NCBI RefSeq assembly: GCF_032191835.1
Contig: NC_083234.1
Span: 56,730,001-56,794,000 of the forward strand
Length of the DNA: 64,000 nt
From: Heteronotia binoei
Taxonomy: Eukaryota
Direction of reading: 5' to 3'
A program made the translations under genes and the position numbers. Below, in pieces: positions 32,821 through 45,500 of the stretch. The notes beneath the pieces are model-generated. The model did not search any database. It saw only the letters and a program-made list of their open reading frames with translations, and was not told where the DNA came from. Each line of letters opens with the position of its first letter. Position 1 is the first letter of the stretch.

Positions 32821-33521
32821 GTGAGGGAATTCAATATTTTGCAAAATTACTGTTGTCGTCCTTCTTGGATTGGATCACTGACATTGCTATCCAAAGCAGA
32901 ATTGCACCCAAGTGCATTGAAGTCAAAGGGCTTAGAGAGGCCTGTTACTGTTAGAATAGCATGGGGCTGCTTTTATTTTTTTTTATTTTTCTGCTTCCCT
33001 ACATTAAAAAAATGTAGACAGCTAGGACATCAGGCAGAGACTGTTACCTTGCCCTCATGATGATGTTTCCTTCCCACACACAAGCAGCTTGTTTATATGG
33101 AAAATCCTTCACAAAATGTCCTGTCCCACTTACAAATCAGAATTGGCACAGTGCAGGGAGAATTCTCCCACAAGATTTTACTGATTGTCTAAATCCACCA
33201 TGTTATTCTTGCTAAGGAGAGAAGGAAGAATGGAAAGGGGGCCTCATGTCTAACAGCCTGGTGAAATATCATATAGACAAACTAACTCATGGAAGTGTGA
33301 CCTCCTTTGGATATTTCATGTTTCTGGTCCCAGTAAAAGTAGCAGAGGGGGGGAAATCCATTGTTTCTGAGATTGACCTTCCTTCCCCTGATACTTAAAA
33401 GTACATTTTATTTAATTCACAATAAACTTCAGTCCTGACTGGGATTAGTCTCTCACCAACCATGCAAAGAGCCTTTTCAGTAAATGGAAAAGTATAGACT
33501 GGAGGTGGTTTCTTAGATAAT

Positions 33522-33735
33522 TAGGGTTGCCAGCCTCCAGGTGGGGCCCTGGAGATGTCCTGCTTTTATAGCTGGTCTCCAGCTAGCAGAGATCAGCTCC
33601 CCTAGAGAAAATGGCTGCTTTGAAGGGTGGAATCTATGGCATTGTACCATTCTGAGGCTCCTCCCCTCCCCAAATCCTTCTTGGCTCCATCCCCAAAGTC
33701 TCCAAGTATTTTCCAACACAGACCTGGCAACCCTA
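33522..33735. mobile_element. Short TAGGGTTGCCA-family MITE
   Basis: TAGGGTTGCCAG...CTGGCAACCCTA TIRs; nearly colinear with 60843-61049. Confidence 0.8.
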
Positions 33736-35095
33736 TAAAACAGCAGCTTGCTCAGAGCTGTACAAGTCAATGAAACATGGAAGGACTTGAACTCAGGTCT
33801 TCCTGATTTAAGTCCAATTTTATAGGATACACTGGGCATGCATCTTGAGGTGGGGAGGAAAAAATTGACAGTCTATGGGGCAGTGATGTCTGGGGCCAGA
33901 GACTACAAGAACACGCACGTTATATGCTGAAAAACACAGAGCACAAACTAGAAATGTTTCTTATGGAAAGACCTAACCCATTTTGTCCTCAGACTGTATA
34001 TACATACACAGCACAAAGAAGCTTGGAGTGTTTCAGATTGCAAAGGCAAGTCTTTATTGATTGCGGTGGGTGGGTTGTGTGTGTTTCTAATCATGTTCCA
34101 GATGGATGTTATCTCTCAAAACAAATTCAGTTCAAACTCATTTGTTCTGACAATTCATATATGACACCTCTCATGTGAGTATTGCATATTCCCACAGTTG
34201 GGATGTCAGCTTTCAAGTGGGACCTGGGGATCCTCTGGGATTATAGTTCATCTCCAGGATCCAGAGGTCAGTTCCCCTGGAGAAAGTGGATGCTTTGGAG
34301 GATGAACTCTATGCATTGCACTCCATTGAGGTCCCTGTCCTCCCCAAACTCCAGGAGTTTCCCAACTTGGATCTGGCAACTGTCATTGGCCAGTTGGGAC
34401 CTGGCAACCGTATCCCATGGCATTTGTTCCTAGGAAAATGAGACAAGTTCTGATAAGGCCACTACTGAGGTTTTGGTTACTTTATGAAATGTGGTTGCAT
34501 ATTTCACAGCAACCTACTGGCAAGTATCTACAGCAACCTAAGACACACCTCCCATACACACAATGCCTGCACTGTTTCCTTGTTCTGAGGGAGAGCAGCA
34601 GTCTTGCTGTCCCAGGTGCTCTCCTCCCCCTTGTGCAATTCTAAAGCAGCACAGAATATAACAATTGATGCAGAATTTAGTTTCCTCAGAATTTCAGCTT
34701 TCATTTTAAAACTGCTTGCAACCAGAAGATGATTTCCAGTGGTAGGGCTCCTTGTCCTTGATAAGAGCTTGCAAAACCATAATAATTTATGCATAATAGT
34801 AAAAAAAATGCAGATTTGGCTAAGAGAATACAAGAGCAATTATATGTCCTGAGTGTATAATTTATGCAGAGGTCAAAAAAGTTCAGTTTCACTTGGCACA
34901 GAAATTGGAGTGTACAGGGAAGAATTTTTGTTATTGATTTGGCATGAGTGACCAAACAGTCCCTAGTTGCCTCTCTTGGGACAGAATAGGGAAGAGTCAT
35001 GGCCAAAGCAAAGCACTTGTTTTGTATGCAGAAAGTCTCAGGTTTAATCCCAGGCATTGCCAGTCAGAGGGATTGTGGGTAAAGGGTCTTGGGAA

Positions 35096-35888
35096 TAGGG
35101 TTGCCAAGTCCAATTCAAGAAAAATCTGGGTACTTTGGGGGCGGAGCCAGGAGACTTTGGGGGTGGAGCCAGGAACAAGGGTGTGACAAGCATAATTGAA
35201 CTCCAAGGGAGTTCTGGCCATCACATTTAAAGGGACAGCACACCTTTTTAAATGCCTTTCTTCCATAGAAAATAATGAAGGATAGGGGCACAATCTTTGG
35301 GGCCCTCTGGTCCAATCGTTTTGAAACTTGGGGGGTATTTTGGGGAGAGGCACTAGATGCTATACTAAAAATTTGGTGCCTCTACCTCAAAAAATAGCCC
35401 CCCCAGAGCCCCCAATACCCGCGGATCAATTCCCCATTATTCCCTATGGGAATCGTTCTCCATAGGGAATAATAGAGTGCCCAGTAGACATTTCCCTCCC
35501 CCCCCATGCTTTCTAAAGTGGGGGGGAGGGCCTCCAAACCAGGGAATCCCCTGCTCCCTCCCTCTCTCACACACACAAATACTTACTAGATCTTGTTCCT
35601 GCAGAACTTTACTTGCTGTGAAAACGAAAGCAAAAGAAAGGGAGGGGCCGTTCTCCATGGAAACTGTTACTGACCCTTTCCCAAGAAGCCCTTCCTGTTT
35701 CCTGCTCAGCCTTAAAGGCACACATTTTACAAACGGATACGTTTGCAGGTTTCTAAACCTGCAGGAGCTCTACAACTACATGATGACTGTGGGGGTGGGT
35801 CTTCCCCTGCTGGCCAGCTGGCTGGGGGCGGGGAGAAGCCTGTAAAAAGGGGGGATCCCCCGCTGGGCCCTGGGGATTGGGAAGCCTA
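35096..35888. mobile_element. 793-bp TAGGGTTGCCA-family hAT element
   Basis: Perfect TSD CTTGGGAA (35088-35095, 35889-35896); first 450 bp is an inverted copy of the 55453-55964 family. Confidence 0.83.
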
Positions 35889-36253
35889 CTTGGGAAAGAT
35901 GCTGGAGTGTAAACACCAGTCAAATGAGGAAACGTTTGAAGGGCCAATGGTCTGATTCAGTAAAAGGCAGCTTCATATTAACAAATATAACATAACTGTC
36001 TTTTTGAAGAGAAAATGAAACAGCCCTCCACACGCATGCCCCATTCTGAGTCATCTGCACTGCCTGGTGCATAGTTTGCAGGTATGTACATCCATACAGT
36101 CTCTCTCTTTCACATACAAATGACCAAACCACAAGCCGGTATAGATCAAAGTGTCATCCCACCCAGTAGCAAGGAGGATGTTCCCACGCACTGGGATCCT
36201 GGCATGTTGGATTGGCTGGTAAAATGGTTGACTTCAGGTATACCACTGATTAA

Positions 36254-36352
36254 CAGTTTAACTTCTCAGATTCCCGGCATTTCAGGATCCCTTCAGCTTC
36301 CTCCATTCTAGCCAATGAAGCAGAAGTAGTCATTGCACTTGGCATTTAAGTT
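36254..36352 (-). pseudogene. Partial duplicate of BSPRY exon 5 with its acceptor (pseudo-exon or alternative last exon)
   Basis: 58 of 65 nt identical to 38413-38477 by hand alignment, with further match into the intron; reads RMEEAEGILKCRESEKLNC*. Confidence 0.85.
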
Positions 36353-36528
36353 GTGCTTTGGATGTATTCAGTTGTCTATGCAGGCTTGTGAAACATTAAG
36401 GAATCCTAATTCCACAAACCGAACGGAGCCATAAATGTAACATGATCTATATAGTTTTAGGAGATAGTCTCAGTGTTCATCAAAGATACATATGATCTCT
36501 TAGCCTGCCCCTCAGCTGAGTCTCACTC

Positions 36529-39500
36529 TCACTGCATCAGAGAGATACTTTGATCAGCTACAGCCAAAGCGGGGAAGATAGGAGCAGTGAAGTTTTCATG
36601 ATGTGCATGAAGAACAACACAGGATTCTGGGTCATAAAACAACAGTTCTCCCACATCCAAGTCCACCAGGACCCCAATTTCTATTGGGCATTTGAGGAGG
36701 TCCACTGTTTGGTGACAGTTGTCATGTGAAAACCGAAACTCCTTGTCATAGCGGGAGAAGACCCAGGAGAATGAGTTGTAACCCAGGCGGGCTTCAGGAC
36801 CTGTGCCCTTACGCTGCAGTGATTTATATGAGATACCCAGTTTGTATGCACCACTACTTGCCACGGTGACTCTCCATGCATGGATCCCTTTGTGGAATGA
36901 TTCTTCAGCCAAGGCGTTGGGCCAGTGGTCAAACCGCTCTGGACCATCAGGGTCACTTTTTACTTTCTTAGGGCTAAAGGTCAGTGTTTTCTTGTCTTCT
37001 GAGAGCGTCAGGAGTGGGCTGACTGTTTTCTCATCAATGTGGATTTCATCTGCGCTAAGAAGAAAATGAAACAGGTTCATGTATGTTTGTCAGGCCAGCT
37101 GGAACAGTGTTCCTGCTCAAAAAGAGCCCTGGTTATACAGATGACCATGGAGGCAAATTGTATAGAGCAGGGGTGTTGAACATGCAGTTCGGGGGCCAAA
37201 TCAGGCCCCCAGAGGGCTCCTGTCAGGCCCCTGAGCAACTGACTGTCATCTGCTTTTTTCTCCCTATATCTTGTTTCCTTCTGCATCACACCTTGCTTTG
37301 CAAGACTTGCTCAATTGCACAGCAGAACTACTGAGCCAAGCCTTTCTTCCTTCTATTGGATGAGGCTCCCCCCACCAGTCCCCTGGGGAAGGAAGGAAAG
37401 AGCCAGAACTTCCTTTGCCCAGTTCCCTGAATCCCATGGAAGAAACACGAAGAAAGCATCTTTAAGACCAATGAGTGCTAACATTTTAAGCATGTTTTAA
37501 GTTTTTAAAAAATATATTTGTGTTTGTCTGTGTTCTTTATAAAATTTATATCTCTGCTACCTAATCTTAAATAGGTACATACATGGCCCCACCTGACATG
37601 GCCTGGCCCAACAAGGTCTCATTTATGTCAGATTCGGCCCTCGTAACAAATGAGTTCAACACCCCTGGTATAGAGCTTCCTCAGAGGAGAGGGGCTGTGG
37701 CTCAGTGGTAGAGTATTTGCTGGGTATATAGGAAGTTACAGGTTCAGTTCCCAGCATCCAGTATGAATAGACAATATTAACCCTGATGGACCAATTCTAG
37801 AATGGTCTGATTCAATATAAGCCAGTTTAATAGCATCAGTTCAACTTCAGCTGTGGGCTTACATGTAGCTAGACAGTTATACAGAAGTGAATTCTGTGGA
37901 ACTAAAGATACTAAGACAGCTTCTAAGACTGAGCCTCAATATGATTCAAGGTCTGGTTACAAGGCAAACACACACACAGAGAAAGGTGCTCAACAATATA
38001 TACTTGCAGTGGAATTTACAAAGAGCAACATGGGGCCCTGCCATGGATAGCCCAGGCAACCCCAATCTTGTCAGTTCTTGGAAGCTAAGCAGGGTAGGCA
38101 AGTAGTTGGATGGGAGACCTCCTTGGAATACCAGAGCTGGGAGGGTAGGGCCAGGCTTTATCAGCCACCTCTCTGAATATCCTCCAGGCCCCCAGGGATC
38201 AGACAACAGAGATCACCATGACTTCCAGGTGCAAACACATACACAATACAATACAAAAAATACTCCCCCCACCCTCAAAAAAGGAGAGGGCATATATGGG
38301 CAAAACAAGCCTCCATTCTCTGGGAGGATGAGAAACCGACCTGAGTTCCAGCACAGAACAGCAGCAGCCCACAGCCGGCTCATTAATGGACTCTGGATGC
38401 ACTGTGGGTTAAAGTTTAACTTCTCAGATTCCTGAGGCTTCAGGATCCCCTCCGCTTCCTCCATTCTAGCCAATGAAACAGCAGAAGTAATTGAACTTGA
38501 CATTTAAGTTACTTTTTGAGGGCAACCTGTTCAGTAGCAGAAGATTAGGGCAGATTTGATTGTCTTTATGAGCTATACCTACATTTCTGACAGCAATACT
38601 AGCCTTGCAAGATAGGCCAGGAGTATTAAAGCAGTTTGCCCTGTCTCTCTCATTAACTGTGTGGATTTCTTTGTCCTCATTTTCGCCCTCACACTTTCTA
38701 TCTACTGTTTTTATTGTTTAAGCAGTGCTTTTACTTCCTCCTCTTAACTTCTGCTGCTTTTATTTATGTCTTTCTACGTTTTTAGCTCTTGGGTAGCTTA
38801 TCAATAATGCAAGCTTCCTAAAGTGTTTTTTTTAATTGAGTGGTGGCTAATAAATGTTTTTAATTAACTAATTAATTTTTCCCAATGTGGCTGAAAAAAG
38901 CAGTTTGCCCAAAGCCAGTTCATGACTTTATAGCTTCTCATGCTTTCAGCCAATACACACTATGCTTATTTTCTTAAAAAGCATGACATGTTCTGTGGGT
39001 CTCTGAATGGGGCCAAGGAGGAGAACAAATTAGGAATTTTCCTCTTAATGGTACTAATTATGCTCTTTGGAATGAAACAGTTTACACAACTTTCAGGATG
39101 GTCAAAAGGGAGGAATCTAACAGTTCCTTTGGGGTAGGGGGGTGACACTCCCTGGAGACCAGATTCAATGGCTGGTGAAAATCAGTACTTAGGCCCTAAT
39201 CCTGAGCCATTTATGCAGCTGCAGAAAGCAAGGGGCACACAAAGGGTTGCTAGGTCTGAACTGGGAAATAACTGGAGATTGGGGGGGAGGCTCCAGGTAC
39301 AATGCCATAATGTCCGCCTTCTGAAACAGCCATTTTCCCTAGGGGAATTTATTTCTGTAGTCTGGAAATCCATTGTAATACCAGGAGATCTCCAGGCCCC
39401 ACCTGGAGGCTGGCAACCTTAGAATAGCAAGACAGCTTTGTATCCCAATCTCCATAGCTCTACAGTTTCCACTGAGCAGCACCCAAATGTTGCAGCTCTG

Positions 39501-42500
39501 TGGGAATGGCTATGTGCAATCTGTGCATCTGTTGCTGCAGAACACTGAAGTCTGGGGATTTCAGATGTATTTTTAAAATGACAAGGTTCCAGCCCTTAAG
39601 ATCAGTTATGCTCAAAAGGATGTCAACATTGCCTGGTAAAGTCTCAGAAGGCATTTCAGTACTCCATATGCCTTTTGGTTGGCCAAAACAGAATAAATGG
39701 GGGGAAGCGGAATCTACATACTCTCTCTGCAATACAAATACGACAGATACATAGACAAACAGATATGCAACTTTCCTGTGTGTGCGATAGTTATGCCCAT
39801 TTCACCCATCTATGCAAATCTGCTTCATTTAAATCATTTATCTTGCAGAATTTGGATTCCATCAATACACTTAATTTTGCATGTATAGTTCTGTGCAAGG
39901 GACTAAAACCAGGGCAAAGCTAGAGAACTGAAAGTGGCGTGGATGGTGTACTCATCCCCTGCAAGAAATTGGGGGCCGGGGGGACACAGCACATGAGCTT
40001 GTTGTCAGAACAAAAGAAGCCAGCACCCTGATACTCACCTTTCATAGATCTCCTCTTCTGCCTGCTGGAGTAAAGGAGAGAAAGATGAAAACTTCATCCC
40101 ATGAATCTTCTTGGATATGCCCCAACATTATATAGGAGCTGAGTGGGTGTGTCAATCAACCCCTTAGATTGGAACTCTAAATACAAGTGGAATAATACCC
40201 TTTCAAAGACAGAGAGTGACTGCATCTGTTTTTAGCTCTGAGGCAATCTCAAAACTGACACCTTTTGCTGCCAGTAGTTGGAAAATAATCCATGGCCCAC
40301 CCCCCAGGTTTAGTTCACACCCGCACACAGGAGAATATGATGGCAGAGTACAGAGGTGGAAGAATGCTCATGACATGTCTGATGAAGGGAGCTTTGACTC
40401 TCAAAAATTCATAGCCAAAAAAACTCTTGTTGATCTCGAAAGTGCCACTGATGGAATCTGCCTGTTCAGGTCTCAAGTGGGAGAATACAGTTTTGAATGT
40501 TCCTTTATATAAAAACTCCCTGAAAACAGAAAGCCAGTTCATCAGGAACTAATAATTTTACTTTTTTATTGCTTGCTGTGCTGGTCTTCTGTTTGCAGAG
40601 GGCTTTAAAAAAACATAGTAGTGCATTCCAAAATGCAATCATCCATAGCCTCTCCCTCCTAGGAAGTGATGCAGTTCTGGACTGAGGTCTCTGTCACATA
40701 GAATCATAGAATTGGAAGGGGCTGTACAGGCCATCAAACCCCTGCTCAATGCAGGATCAGCCTGGACAAGTGTTGGTCCAGCTGCTGCTTAAAGACTGCC
40801 AGTGAGGGGGAGCTCACCATATCACCCAAATCATCTGCTTGCATGAACCAGGCTTTATGCATAACGTCTCCAGTGGTGTTAACCAGAATCATAAACCAGA
40901 TTCTGAAGACAGTGAAGATCTAACCCTGCCTAGTGGATGTGGATATAGCCATGCTGACGAATTCTGGTTAAGGTCAGCAAGGCAGAGACTACGCAGGAGA
41001 GGGGAGAGAGTGTATGATTCTACAGTTGTTCCTTTAACGTGTAGCAGCACACCCAAAGTTAGGAGGGGTCCAACGATGAACAAGCCAATGCTGCCCCACT
41101 GCCATAGTGCAAGCCCATCTGACCTTAAACACAAGCCTCTGTCAATCACAGGCTTCATCACCTAGGTTACCAGCCTCCAGGTAGGGCCTGGAGATCTCCA
41201 GGAATCAAAACTGATATCCAGACTACAGAGATAGTTTCCCTGGAGAAATGGCTATTTTGGAGGGTGAAATCTATGGCATTATACTCTACTGAGGTGCCTC
41301 TCCTCCCTGGGGAGCACCTCCAAAATCTCCCAACCTAACCACCACAAATAAACTTGCAGTGTAAGGAAACTGCATGGCAAAACAAGGGCCACTCATGACA
41401 GATTAAGGATGGTTACCACAAGGCTACGGTCATCTGTAGCAGTGATCATTGTCACCAGATAGGTCCGGAGGGTATCCAGTTTCTGCAGCGACTCAGTCCA
41501 GTGGACCTGCTGGGTAAGGATGTTCTGGTGGGCCCGCTCCTCCTCCGTATGCACCATCTCCAGCAGCCGCTGCTCCTCAGTCTCACAGACATTCCTCACA
41601 AGGTTCAAGCGCCGGATCAGGACCTCTCGTGCACTGCTGGCCGCACTCTGCCAAAACACAAAATGGATTGAACTTCTCAGGGTTACAATTCCTCATAATT
41701 AGTTTGTCAAGGGAATTCAGATATTGCAACAGCTGTGGTCACAGGGAGAGTATCTACAAAGGCCATTTAGGGAAGGAGTGGGTTAACTTCCATCTGGTAT
41801 CACCTATTTCTTTTTTTAGTAGATTTCTTGTGGTACATGAATGTTACTTTAGAGATCCCAATGATACACTCTTGTTTAGACATAGGTTTTATTGTTGTAG
41901 GCCGCCCTGAGCCACTTGCAGGATATAAATCTAAAATTAAATTAAATTAAATTCCTGGTAGTTCATCAGCTCCTCAGAGTAGCTTGCTCAACCCTGAAGA
42001 CCCAGGAAAAAAATCTCAAAAAATCAAAAGAGCTTTTCTTTCACAGGATTTTTCTGCATGCTGCTCAGCTGATATCTTTATTTCTGGTGCTCTTTCTATT
42101 CCATGCCCTGTTTCTAGGGCAAAATAAACCTTGGTAACATGTTGGGGGGAGCACAGAGTGTGGCACATGTTGGAGGAACATAGAGTAGCTTCGGATTTTT
42201 CTCATTACTCAGAAATACCTCTCACTAAAGAAAAGGCTGGGAACCCCTGGTATATACTGTATGAAGTGGTCTTAAAAATGGCTACATGAACGCTAAAGAG
42301 GGTTATCTCAGGACTAGGATTGTCATCTTTTTCCAGCCAGCCCTGCTTAGATCAAGAGGTCAAAGTACAGTAATTGAACAGGGGGTGAAACTCCCTCTCT
42401 TTCTTCTTCCCTCCCTTTCCACCTGCTAAGTGGTGACTCCTAAAAACCATAATCTAGAAATATGACAGCCCAAGAACTAGCTGGGTTATTTACATATTTA

Positions 42501-45500
42501 TTTAAAGGAATTTCCCTGCTGCATCCCACAGCTGATGGCTCCCAAAACACAATACAGTATAACAATAAAAGCAATTTTAACAATGAAATAGGTCCAGGGC
42601 TTATTAAAAAAAATACAGCCATCTGAATGTTTAAGATCCCTAAAAAGGCCACCATAAAATTAAGAGATTAGCCAGTTCAAGGCACCACATTCTTCTCCCC
42701 ACCTCAGATGAAACATCTCATGACCAGGTAGGAAAATGTGTGAGGGGGATTTATGGAATCGGGGGAAGGAGCAGTGACCAGTAGGAATTCAAACTATTTC
42801 CTCCTTGCCGAATTTATTGCAAATTCTACCCTAAAAGCTCTCAGGAAGCATTTTCTTCCATATTAACCCCCCTCCCCTGCTCCTGGCTTGTGAGGCCCTG
42901 TTTAGGATACCATCCTTTATGAATGCCAGGCTGACAACACCAGGGACAGTCCTGATATCATAAACATGGGCTGGTCTTTTGAATCCTTTGGGAAGCAAAC
43001 AAAGGCATTTTTGTTCAGTCAGGCTTTTGAAAACTGAGACCTCCAGTTCCTGGAATTAATATGTTTTCGAGAACCTAGTCTATTCTGTTCTTCTTTATTA
43101 AAATTATTCTGTCTTGTTTTTACATTGCAAACTGTTTTCTAAACCAAGCATTGAATAGAGCATGGGTGGCCAAACTGCAGCTCGGGAGCCACATGTGGCT
43201 CTTTCACACATATAGTGTGGCTCTCAAAGCACACCCCTTATCAGCTGGCTTGGAGAAGGCATTTCTCTCTTTAAATCACTTCTCTAAGTCAAGCCTGCCA
43301 GCAGCTTAGAGAATGCATTTAAAGTTACAGGTGCTTTCTTTCCACCTCTCCCTCTCTGCATCTATTTGCTTTCCTTCCTTCTTTCCTTCTCTCAAACATC
43401 TGACATTTATTCTATGTGGCTCTTACATTACGCAAGTTTGGCCACCCCTGGATTAGTGGTGTATTAATGATTCTAATAAAAATCAGTAAATGGTCAGATG
43501 AGAACTGCAAAGCAAGACAATTGAGGGGCTCTTTCTCCCCTTAAGCAAGTTTTTCTGCCTTTCACAGCTTCATCATACGCCCCTGGAATTCAACCAGTGC
43601 AGTTTTTCCACTCCACATCACTGCATAGCCTGGTAAAAAAAAAAAGCTCTACCAGTTCCATTTCTGTTTGCAGTGCAGTGGCTCAAAGAAGTGGCTGCTA
43701 CAGAGATGTGATGGGTGAGGCACTCTGTATGATTTGGCCCCTGCAGCAAATGCATGGAGGTGTGTTAGTCAAGCAAAGTGTCAAGTCACAGCTGACTTAT
43801 TGCAAGCCAGCCCTGTAGTGTTTTCAAGGCAATAGACGTTGAGAGGTGGTTTACCATTGCCTGCCTCTGTATCACAATCCTGGTATTCCTTGGCAATCTC
43901 CCATCCAAATACTAGCCAGGGCTGCCCCTGTTTAGCTTCCAAGATCTGACAAGATCAGGCTAGCTTGGGCTATCCAGGCCAGGGTTGTAGACCTCATCAA
44001 ACTATTGTTCGCTCTACTTGGACTGGAAGTGCAGTCTAATTCAGTACAGACCAGATTCAGGTGTTTACACATTAAGCTCTGCAGGACCCCAAGCAGAGAA
44101 AGGCTTTCTTGCTTACTTTAACAAGCTATGAACCTGAGATTTTGCTCATGCCCTTCCCTTTAATAAATAAGTTCAACACCCATCAGTATTATACAGGGGA
44201 GCATCTTCTAGTAAGCCCATTGTCCACCTAGGCCAGAACTATCTGCTCTGACTGGCAGTGGCAGAAGAACTCCTACCAAGATGTTCAGCTGCTGAAGGTG
44301 CTGGGATTGACTCAGGAACCTTCTAGAAACAAAACAGGCTCTGGGGTACCAAGTTGTCTCCAGTGCAATGGGAGCATCTCAAGCTGATCACACCCCTTCA
44401 TCCCAGTTCCTCCTGAGAATTCATACCACAACATGCTGTTTCTTCTCCGGAAGCACCTCTGTCACATATTTAGTGGTCACGGCACTCTGCAGCTGAAGCG
44501 TCTCACATTGATCTACAATTTTGTTCTGAAACAGAAGAAGTAGGAAGCTGTAATTGCTATTTGCTACCTTATCATTGCTGTCACACACACAAATTAAGTC
44601 ACCATTTGAACAGAACACAAGAAGAGTCACACTGGACCAGACTTTTTAGTCCAGCATCTTGTTTCTAACCATAGCCAACCAGATGCCTATCAGAAGGTCT
44701 CCAAGCAACCCCCAGAGGCCAAAGCCTCTACTTGCTGTTGACCAATCAGTAATGGATGTTCAAAGGTAGACTGCCTCTGAACATGAAGGTTCAATTTAGC
44801 CCTCGTGGTTAATAGCCACAGATGGGCTATCTGTCAATTTGTACTTGTCTTTTAGGACTAGCAGCCAGCTGCCATTCTAAAATGGGAGTGCAACTCAAGA
44901 TTACAAGTTCTGAAGTCCCAACTCACCACCTATCTCCAGATATTTGTGGGGGGAAGCCTCAATTATGCAGTAGGGGGCCCTTTGTGAATCCCCAGAGGGA
45001 GCCAGCATGGTGTAGCAGTTACTGACAGACTACAATCAGGGAGACCTGCATCTGAATCCCCACTTGCCATGGAAGCTTACTGGGTGATTCCAGGCCAGTC
45101 ACACACTCTCTGAGACCAATTTCACACTAGACTTTAACCCTGGTATAGCCCTGTCCCCAAACTGACATTCTACGCTAGAATCAGAGAAATCAGCTCTATG
45201 ACTCTATGATTTTAGTGTAGAATGTCAGCTTGGGGACAGGGCTAAACCAGGATTGAAGGTCTAGTGCGAAACTGGTCTCAGTCTAACCTTCCTCAGAATA
45301 AAATGGATGAGAGGAGGCCAATGTAAGCTGCTTTGTGTCACCACTGCACTGAACAGCAAGGTATAAATTAAGCAAAAAAAATAAAACAAAATAAATCAAG
45401 CATCACACATTCCAGAGATTGCAGTCCCTTAAAAGAAAAAAGTTCCTGGTAGGTGTTTCTACAACTTTAATAGCAGAAATTCAACATGGCTGGATTTGTA

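Noticed and set aside
35920-36132. ORF containing DHWP, as in the BSPRY SPRY domain
   Set aside because: The DHWP codons fall in a SINE tail motif (CAATGGTCTGATTCAGTA..AGGCAGCTTCATA) also seen near 37800, so this is not exon 6 homology.
37685-37765. tRNA-like sequence GGGGCTGTGGCTCAGTGGTAGAG...GGTTCAGTTCCCAGC
   Set aside because: No full cloverleaf; followed by a SINE body; similar decayed heads at 23270, 34985 and 53960. These are SINE heads, not tRNA genes.
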